Source of the DNA: a virus
Lineage: Duplodnaviria > Caudoviricetes
Strand: one strand, 5' to 3'
IMG/VR virus record: IMGVR_UViG_3300040811_001959
DNA length: 64,000 nucleotides
Shown here: positions 1-8,700 of the stretch, in pieces
Layout: every line of letters begins with the position of its first letter
Position numbering within the stretch: the stretch's first letter is position 1
The notes under the pieces: model-generated
Told to the model about the DNA's origin: nothing
The model's database searches: none
What the model saw: the letters and a program-made list of their open reading frames with translations, nothing else
Translations under genes and position numbers: made by a program

Positions 1-3000
1 GACTACTGTTGCAAGTTTACTACCAGAACTGTATGTATCGATAGTTCCGTACTGCCCAACTCCTATGCCACCTGTAATGAATATCCTCATAGTTTTGCCT
101 GAGTATGCAGTATCTGTATTTCCATCTGTAGCAGCAAGGGTAATATTTGCAGCCGTCACTACGCCATCGACATCTGTTGTAAGCAATCCAGTTTGAGCTG
201 TATTTGAAACAAGTAAATATCCCGATCCGCCAAATTGTTCTTCGTCTCCTGTAAGATCCGTAATCCTAATCCGGTTTACAGCATTATCTCTAAATTCGTC
301 TGCATATGTCTCTGCATTAATACCGTTGCCAAATACATTAATTCCTGCTTCGGTGTAATCATTTCCAGCATGATTAAATTCCACATTTAAAATTTTATCA
401 CCATCTGCGTTTACTTGACCTATTTCTGCATTATATTGCAAACGATTGTCAACTATACAGGTAATTGGTATTTCGTCAGCATCTACTCCTTCGGCAACCG
501 AACCAAAAGTACCGTAACTGTTATTACCGTTTGTTGCTCGTATTCTTCCGCCTGCTTCTGCTAGGTAACCTATGTGGGAATAATAAGTAAATACGGAAAC
601 AAGTTCTGCTCTACCATTATTAGTTATCCATGCTCCTATACCATCACTAATAACCTGTGTAAAGTCATTTGAAACGATTGAATCGTTTCCTCCGTTATGT
701 AGTGCGCCGTCTATTTTTTGACCTATTGCAGCATGACCAAATGTTGTAAGATTTTGAACATATGGAGATCTTGTCATAATCCATACACTTTCGTCATCTG
801 GTCCCCATCCTGGATCCAGTGAGGCATATGCTCCTGCAGTTGGTCTTCTAGTTCCAAACTCATTGTTAGGTGATAAATCGCCGTTTAATCCATCAACTGT
901 TTGTAATCGTAAACCAGTACCGTTCCGTAAGTAATACATATCCTCTTCACGAGAACCAAGAACAGCATTTACATAATACCTAGCAGCATATTTTGATTTG
1001 TAATTTGCCGGAAACTGGAAGTTTACTTGATATGATCTTAATTTTGTATCTAATGTAAATGTTCGTTGATATTCTTTAGGATGTACTAAATCCCAGCGCA
1101 TTGCGTCAACAATATAACGCATGTCTCTGCGACATAATGCAGTATTGTATTCATACCATTTTTCAACACCTAAATTAATTGTAGGATAATCTTGCGTTAT
1201 GATAAGAAATACACCACTTGCATCTTCTACAGTAAATTCATTTTCTGATAATATTTCGGAAACTACATATTCATTTCCAAATGCAATAGGAAACGTTTGA
1301 CCAATATCATTTTCAGGATAGGCATTGTCTAAATCAATAAATTTTATTGACATACCGGCATCAAGCCATTCGGTACCATTGGTCATGGTTAATCCGCTAT
1401 TTGTAGATGATATGGAAGTTACAGTTCCTGCAAACCAATTATCAACATAATTTACTGCTTCTTCTACAATGAAATCTTCATTTAATTGAAGAATTCTGTT
1501 TGTTGCCCACAAATCTGTAAAAGCTGTTTGCTTATTATTAGCTTCTGCTGCTACACCAAAAATTATGTCATTAACAAATTCAATAGCGTATCGTAATGCT
1601 TGTTTTGCCGGAGTCGATAATACGATAGCATCGGCTTGCTGCAAAGCATAAAAGTTTGCAGCCAAAGTCGCATCTTTTTGATATCCATATACTTTTGCAC
1701 TAGGTTGTCTAGCATAACTGTAAGCAGCAACTATACTTGCAAAGTTTTGATTTATAGTCCAATCGTATATTGCAGCATCAAAAATTAATGCTAAATCTCT
1801 TGTACATTTACTATGATTAAAATCAAATCCACTATAAGTTGTTGTGATACCTTGCAACGTAGCTTTTATATAGGTATCTGCGTTATTTGTTATTGTTGCT
1901 CCTGCTGCAAGGGCATCTGCGGTTTGCCAATCTAATGAAGGAGCAATGGCTGTAGCTAGAAAATCGTATTGGTTTTGAGAAATATTACCGGTAACTATAT
2001 CTCTCAGCGTATCAATCTTACCAGTTTCAGTAGGAGTTGTAAAATTAACAATGTCTGTATAAGGCTGTCCACTGATATTATTATTTGCTGCTTCCTTACA
2101 ATTAGTTGCTAAGGCTGAATATAATTGTATACTTGCTGCTCTTTCTGCAGAAGTACCATAAACTGGTTCGCCTGTAATATTATTATAGATCGATCTAACA
2201 TGATTTAATGTTGCTATATTGCATCCACTTGCGTCTGGAGTTTGATCATAATTTATATCATATGCCCATGCTTCGATCATTCTTGCTAAATCTTGTTTAC
2301 ATTTTGCTCTAAGATCAGTGCCTAATCCTTGCCAATAAGCATTAGCATTAGCTGTAAAATCAACAATGAAGTCTCTATTTTGAATTAATAAAATTTGAGT
2401 ATAGGTTCTATTAGGATAAGACGATCCTGATAAATCATGATATGTAACACTAGGAGCAGAATCGTCTCCGTCTATAAAAATGCTTTTAATCAAATTTAAT
2501 GATGAGGTTACAATTGTTGCTGCTGCATCTCCGTCTGTTGTTTCTAATGCTTCCATTCCAGCAACAGACTGATTCTTTAAAAGATCGATAGCATACAATT
2601 CTTGTTGCTGTTGTTCATTTTTTACTTTAGCTGATTGTAAACGATTGTAAGCATATCCAGAATACACCCCCCAATAATTAGATTGAAGCATACTATCATA
2701 AAATGCAGCATCTAATATATATCCGCAATCTCTTCTACAATAGGCACCTTTGTAAGTAAAATCTCCAAAATGGGTAATGATAAAATCAATAGTATTTTTT
2801 TGTATTGTATCATATTGTGCTTCAAGTAATGCTTTATCATCTAATAGATATTGTGGAGATGTAGTAATATCAGGATATACATAAGACGGTAAATTATTTA
2901 CATCTGTAATTGTTGTGATTACATCGTTCATTAAATCAAATATGTAATTACTAGCGGATAACGATGCATTGGTATTTGTAATTACTTGCTGGACATTTGT

Positions 3001-5721
3001 TTGATATGGAGGAGAAATTTGATTATTTTGAACTACACTCTGGAGCATTGCTTGTAAATATCCATACGCATCAAGAGTTGCAACTTTTTCTGTGCTATCA
3101 ATTACAAATACTCCTTCTGTTCCTCTATAGTATGCAAGAGCTGCAACTAAAGATTGCCATTGACAACCTAGTTGTATATCATAACATAAACCATCTAGTA
3201 AATAACCTACATCTTGTAAGCATTTTGTTCTACTATAATATAGATTAGGATAGTTAGTATCAAGAAATCCTTTAACCTCAGCTTTTAAAAATTCTCTGTT
3301 TCGTAGTATGTTATCTCTTGCATACCCTCCATCTGTGAAATTAAATGTATCTATCCACTGTACCTCTAATTTTGTACCTGTACCATGATCTATTAATCTT
3401 TTAATTAATCTAGTTAATCTTTCAGCAGAATAACCTGTAGTTGTATTCGCAGTAGGCCATTCTGTTATTTGAGCTTCATTATTATTATCAGTAGGTGTTA
3501 TTGATATTCCTTCAACTATTCCAGCTATTTGTGTTTCAATGTGATTTAATGCGGTATAGGTATAAAGTGGATCAGTTGCAGGTGTTAAATCTTCTTGATT
3601 TTGTCTAGGATATACTGTTACAGATCTAAGTTCATCGCCCATTATACAACATAATGCCGGTACTTGGATTGGTAAAACTTCATAGTATTTTCCAGTTGCT
3701 ACCCTAATTAAAGTATTTGTTTCGATCTTTGCAGGAAGGTTATTTGCATTGCCAGCTGTTATAGCATCAGTGATTAAGGTAATTAACTCTGTAACTCTTC
3801 CGTACGCATTTTCGTTTTCTAAATTTATATTTTTCCATTGAGAAACAACAGCAGAAGAATTATCTCCGTTTACTACCTGATAACTATTGTAACCAGTTAA
3901 ACCAATTTCCGGAGGATCAGTTTGATTTAAAACATGTTCCATTAACTGCCATGCATACACTAAGCTTGCAACAGTTTCAGTTTTTTGGCCTAAATAAGGA
4001 GATCCTACAGTATCATTAATGTATGATAAAGCAGCTTCTCTTGATTTTACATTTCCGCCATGTGTTAAATCCCAAATTACAGCATCTACAATAAATCCTA
4101 TATCTCTTTCACATTTTTCTGCAAAATATGTAAAATTAGTTGTAAAGGGATCTATACCTTCTGTTATTTGATAATCAGTCCATTCAGTTGTTTCTCGTTG
4201 AATATAAATTCTGTTTAATTCTAATAATCTTTTTGCATTAGGATATTTTGTTCCTTTGTCAATTTCTTGACAAGCAAATCTTATACTTTTCCAGGGTGAT
4301 TCTACAGTTGTTCCTCTAATAGGCGCAGGTTGATCTACACCTGTAGTGGATACATAATAAACATCTGGGTTTTGCCCAAAAAATGTCCATTGCGGTTCAT
4401 TATTAGGTGAAACACGTAATACTTGTCCTTCTTTACCGATAGGTAGTCTTGTAGGACCTGATCCACTAAAATAAACTATATCTCCTTGTGTAGTTAAGGC
4501 ATCAGTTTCTGCTCCAATTGCTAAGATATTCCAATATGTTCCTGTGATATCACGATCTGGTCTACTATTTTCTGCCCCGCCTCCTGGTGCAATTTTAGTT
4601 TCTGTTGAATAATCGTCATCTTCGCTTACATGGGACTCTATGCAAATGTAAGTAGCTGTATCATATCTTACCACGTCACCAATGACATAATATGCATCGT
4701 CTGCCCATACGCCTCTCCATTTTAATCCTGTATTGAGCCTATCCCAATATTGATTCCATGACTGATTCTCGCCTGGTTCTATGTTTGAATTATCAGTATT
4801 TGCAACATATACATACCCACCAACTGTAACTACATCTCCAGTTCTATAATCTTGAGCACTAGAATCTGCTCCCCATTCTCCTTGGAAAGAAAATCCTTTT
4901 GAAAATACAGCCCAATCCTCAATTGAAGACGTAGGAGCAATGTTAATATTTTGTCTTAGAGAAATGTATTGATACCCGCCCCATGTTACAATATCTCCTT
5001 GTTGGTATGTCGTTGTGTAGGTCCAATCGTTTTCAAAACTTAGTCCTTCTACAAAAACATCCCAACGATAATTATCACTAGCAAACTCAGCACCCGATGT
5101 ATGAAATTCATTACAAATCATTAATCCAGCACCATATTTTACAACATCATAAACTTTATAACGTGTATTTTGGGTCCATACTCCTTTCCATTCTACACCT
5201 GAGGTAAATCTGTCCCAATTTACAGCATCATTTTCTAAACCTGCAGCAAAATTATTAATGGAAGTATGAGCGGTATTACAAACAAATGTTCCGCTTCCGT
5301 ACTTTACAATATCACTTGCAAGATAATAAGTCGATGGTTGCCAATTTCCTTTCCAATCTAAACCTGTTGCGAATGTGTCCCAATTTGCTATTTCGTCTGC
5401 TAAAGTTATATTTGTGTCACTAGAGGAAGTATGAACTGTGCTACAAATATATAGATTTGCTCCATATTTAACAATATCGTTTAGTACATAGTAGGTATTG
5501 TTAGTCCAATTTCCTTTCCATGTTTGGCCATCTGACATTAAATTCCATTTAGGCGGAATTACCTCAAAGTCAGTAAAGAATAAAGTAGAACTTGTATGTC
5601 CTTCGATGCAAATATATACCCTACCCCTATAAAATACTACATCATCCTTGTAATAAACTGTATTATCTGCCCATTCATTTTTCCAAACAAACCTAATCCT
5701 ACCTAATTTAAATTCTGCCAT
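1..5721 (-). CDS. Giant virion appendage protein (>1907 aa, C-terminus runs off window): 7 CBM5/12-like repeats, pectin-lyase-like beta-helix, six Cys-x-x-Asp helical repeats
   Basis: ATG at 5721 (MAEFKLGRIRFVWKNEW) with GGAG upstream. Spot translation at 4113, 3240, 2739, 2301, 1806, 1134 and near position 1 stays in the same frame. Architecture parallels 5759..11194. Missing from the ORF track because no stop codon lies in the window. Confidence 0.85.
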   Translation of the reverse strand, partial: MAEFKLGRIRFVWKNEWADNTVYYKDDVVFYRGRVYICIEGHTSSTLFFTDFEVIPPKWNLMSDGQTWKGNWTNNTYYVLNDIVKYGANLYICSTVHTSSSDTNITLADEIANWDTFATGLDWKGNWQPSTYYLASDIVKYGSGTFVCNTAHTSINNFAAGLENDAVNWDRFTSGVEWKGVWTQNTRYKVYDVVKYGAGLMICNEFHTSGAEFASDNYRWDVFVEGLSFENDWTYTTTYQQGDIVTWGGYQYISLRQNINIAPTSSIEDWAVFSKGFSFQGEWGADSSAQDYRTGDVVTVGGYVYVANTDNSNIEPGENQSWNQYWDRLNTGLKWRGVWADDAYYVIGDVVRYDTATYICIESHVSEDDDYSTETKIAPGGGAENSRPDRDITGTYWNILAIGAETDALTTQGDIVYFSGSGPTRLPIGKEGQVLRVSPNNEPQWTFFGQNPDVYYVSTTGVDQPAPIRGTTVESPWKSIRFACQEIDKGTKYPNAKRLLELNRIYIQRETTEWTDYQITEGIDPFTTNFTYFAEKCERDIGFIVDAVIWDLTHGGNVKSREAALSYINDTVGSPYLGQKTETVASLVYAWQLMEHVLNQTDPPEIGLTGYNSYQVVNGDNSSAVVSQWKNINLENENAYGRVTELITLITDAITAGNANNLPAKIETNTLIRVATGKYYEVLPIQVPALCCIMGDELRSVTVYPRQNQEDLTPATDPLYTYTALNHIETQIAGIVEGISITPTDNNNEAQITEWPTANTTTGYSAERLTRLIKRLIDHGTGTKLEVQWIDTFNFTDGGYARDNILRNREFLKAEVKGFLDTNYPNLYYSRTKCLQDVGYLLDGLCYDIQLGCQWQSLVAALAYYRGTEGVFVIDSTEKVATLDAYGYLQAMLQSVVQNNQISPPYQTNVQQVITNTNASLSASNYIFDLMNDVITTITDVNNLPSYVYPDITTSPQYLLDDKALLEAQYDTIQKNTIDFIITHFGDFTYKGAYCRRDCGYILDAAFYDSMLQSNYWGVYSGYAYNRLQSAKVKNEQQQQELYAIDLLKNQSVAGMEALETTDGDAAATIVTSSLNLIKSIFIDGDDSAPSVTYHDLSGSSYPNRTYTQILLIQNRDFIVDFTANANAYWQGLGTDLRAKCKQDLARMIEAWAYDINYDQTPDASGCNIATLNHVRSIYNNITGEPVYGTSAERAASIQLYSALATNCKEAANNNISGQPYTDIVNFTTPTETGKIDTLRDIVTGNISQNQYDFLATAIAPSLDWQTADALAAGATITNNADTYIKATLQGITTTYSGFDFNHSKCTRDLALIFDAAIYDWTINQNFASIVAAYSYARQPSAKVYGYQKDATLAANFYALQQADAIVLSTPAKQALRYAIEFVNDIIFGVAAEANNKQTAFTDLWATNRILQLNEDFIVEEAVNYVDNWFAGTVTSISSTNSGLTMTNGTEWLDAGMSIKFIDLDNAYPENDIGQTFPIAFGNEYVVSEILSENEFTVEDASGVFLIITQDYPTINLGVEKWYEYNTALCRRDMRYIVDAMRWDLVHPKEYQRTFTLDTKLRSYQVNFQFPANYKSKYAARYYVNAVLGSREEDMYYLRNGTGLRLQTVDGLNGDLSPNNEFGTRRPTAGAYASLDPGWGPDDESVWIMTRSPYVQNLTTFGHAAIGQKIDGALHNGGNDSIVSNDFTQVISDGIGAWITNNGRAELVSVFTYYSHIGYLAEAGGRIRATNGNNSYGTFGSVAEGVDADEIPITCIVDNRLQYNAEIGQVNADGDKILNVEFNHAGNDYTEAGINVFGNGINAETYADEFRDNAVNRIRITDLTGDEEQFGGSGYLLVSNTAQTGLLTTDVDGVVTAANITLAATDGNTDTAYSGKTMRIFITGGIGVGQYGTIDTYSSGSKLATVV

Positions 5722-5742
5722 TAATTATCTCCAGTGCTTCTA

Positions 5743-5750
5743 TATTTATT
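5743..5750 (-). promoter_or_regulatory. T4-like late promoter AATAAATA
   Basis: Variant of the gp55 consensus TATAAATA, about 22 nt upstream of the ATG at 5721. Confidence 0.55.
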
Positions 5751-5758
5751 ATATTTTT

Positions 5759-8700
5759 TCATCTCAGTGCATCTCTAAAATAATATGATAAAGCTAACGG
5801 ACTACCTTTAACACCTTTATTTTGTGCTCCTATAAAATCTGCTCTTGTATTAACATTTAATTTAAATCCTGTCGTTGTACTAAAAATATTTTCATTTGTA
5901 CCAGCACGGACTTGACCAGCTATTAACTCGTTAGTTAAAACTTCGCCACCGCCTGCACTAATTCTTGATTCAATAAAGGTTACTACAGCTCTTTGAGTAG
6001 GTATGATATTATCAGAATCTGCATAAAAATTTACATCTGTAGAAAATTCTCTAATTACTGTACCTGATCCACCTAACCTTACTCCACCTAATGCTAGTTC
6101 AGACAACCCATCTAATGAAAAGAAATCTGCACTAATAGTTACAATACCAGTAGCTTGTTCTACAGCAAATAATTCTCCTGTCCTAAAGTTACCGTCTTGA
6201 TCTGTTGAAACATAAAATACTCTTCCTCCTCCATTTTCTATTACTTCTTGTTCTGGTTTAGCAATAAAAAAGGCTCCTTCGGCATAAAGAGCAGGATAGT
6301 TTGTATCAACAAAATTACCAGTTCCAATATCTAAAAAGTCGTGACCTGTAATTCTACACTGCGAATATCTTTCTCTTATTTCAATTGATCTATTATGTGT
6401 CAATAAATCTTTATTTTGAATTTTTGGACTGATCCTAAAGTCTGCTCTCAATGTTCCTGCTATACTACCATCTGATCCTAAAGGATCTATAGTTACAAGT
6501 GTAAAAATTCGTAAATCATCAGGATTTTCTTCGTCATAAATTCCATCTATGCGAAGTTGCGCACCTGGACCTGGATAGACGGTTAAACCATCGACAAAAA
6601 TATCTACATCATTAGATGGTATCCTATCTGCATACCCGTTACCTGATATAGTAACTCGAGTTGTACTAGATCTGTAACCAATTCCTCTATTTATAAATGT
6701 AGGTTGTGGTAAAACATAGTTACCTATCCGTGTAGTAACAAAAGCTTGAGACACCCATGAATTGTCAACAATTTCTAGCTCATAATCGTTACCATTTATA
6801 TACCCACTACCTGGATCCCATATAACGATTGCATCTATAGTAGAACTATCAACTTTTGCTCTTGCAAGTGCTCTTTTACCTGTTTGTATAAGCAAAATAT
6901 CACTATCATTATTTGAAATTAATCCATAATGAAACCCTGAATTGCCCTTGTATCCAAAGCTTATAGCAGACCATACGTTAAACGAAGGTAGTGTTTGTTC
7001 AGTCCAATCTATACCGTTTTCAGAAACTGCTAAAATATTTGAATTTGCAGTCCCTGTTATAAAATATAAACCATTTGAATTTTGTATTTTATTATAAGAG
7101 CCAGCAGGCGTACTGTATTCCACCCATCCATTTATAGATTCTGAAATAGATACAAGTAGTCTTCCTTCAGTTGTTAAAGCTATGATGTGTCCAGCGTTAG
7201 ATGTAATACTTATGAATTCGTGTGGTAACCCTGGTTGTTCAGGATCTGGTTGATTCAACGGAGTTGAATCCGCTTCAACCGTCCATATAATGTCTTCTGT
7301 ATCTTCGTCCCAGACTCCTAAAGCTATTGCCCTTGCATCTGATAAAGCAATAAATTTATTGTATTCATACGTAAGTACTGTCCAATCTGTTGTAACTGAA
7401 TTAGGAATTTCAGAACTAGCCCATGATGTACCATTAGTTGAGTAAAATGCAGTGCTTGAATTTGTCAAAATAACAAATATTCCGTCTCCGTACGCAATAT
7501 CTTTTATATTTCGTGTAGAAGGTAGGCTTGCTTGACCCCAGTTTGTTCCTGTTCTTGAGTAGGCAATAGTTGAACTTGTTCCATAAGGAATGCATATAAA
7601 AATTCCATTTCCATTTATAATTTTACTCCATGCTTGAATTAAAGGTAAAAATATTTCTGTCCAAGTTTTTCCATCTATAGAGTACCCAGAGAAGTTACCA
7701 TCTGAAACAACCATCCATTTTCCTTCTAATCCTTCTCCTGTAATCTGGATATTTGTAATAGTAGATGTGCTGTCATCTGTAACTTCTAAAACTTTTATTG
7801 TTAGATCATTTATGTCTACTTCTCCACCTAACTGATCTCCTTTTATTACAAAAATATCATCTACTGCATATCCGGCTCCACCGTTTAAAATATCAACTGA
7901 ATACTCTTTGCCTTGTTTTGTTACTCGAAAATTAGCCCTTAACGGAATAATTCCAACTACTTCACCATTGCCAAAGTCTAAAGATATGTTGTAAATTTCG
8001 GTTGTAGGCCCCCAGATTACGTCAGTCCATAATTTAGAATTACTTAAAAGTTCGGCAGTTACTGAAAATCCTGGATGTGGTACAATTATCCTAGGTTCAA
8101 TTGAATATGACGTACTTGCTGTAAGTAACGGTGCAATTGTTGTTCCTGGAACAATATGATCCCATCCTGGTTGATCGTCAGATTCTCTATAAATTGTTGC
8201 CGTCCTGTAATTTTGAGATAAATCATCATCCTCGTAAGCTTGTATGTACCCATATTGTCCTGTACCAGGTCCTGATGTAATGACTAGACGTTGTCCTACA
8301 TAATCATCTGCTGTAAATAAATCAGTTGCTGATAACTTTATATCTAAATCTGTTCCTAACTGAGCATTGTTTTTTCGAATAGTATATCCTAATCCTCCTA
8401 TCCTTGTACTATCTTGCGGTTCTTGTAATCTAAACTCAAAAATTCCGCCTTGCCGAAAACTGTTATATTCGCTCTGCACAAAATTTCCTGATCCTACTAC
8501 TGTTGCAGAAGCATTTGTATAATTTTCTCCGCAATGTGCATATTCAAATATTAGTAATCTGTCTAATTCTCCACTATCATCTGAAATTTCTCCAGCAAAA
8601 GCCTGATAAACTGAGGCTTCGGTCGTCCTTGTGTTAACGGTTGCATATCTAGGAGTTTCAGCATCGTCGATTCCGAGCGCAACTGATCCATACTCTCCGT

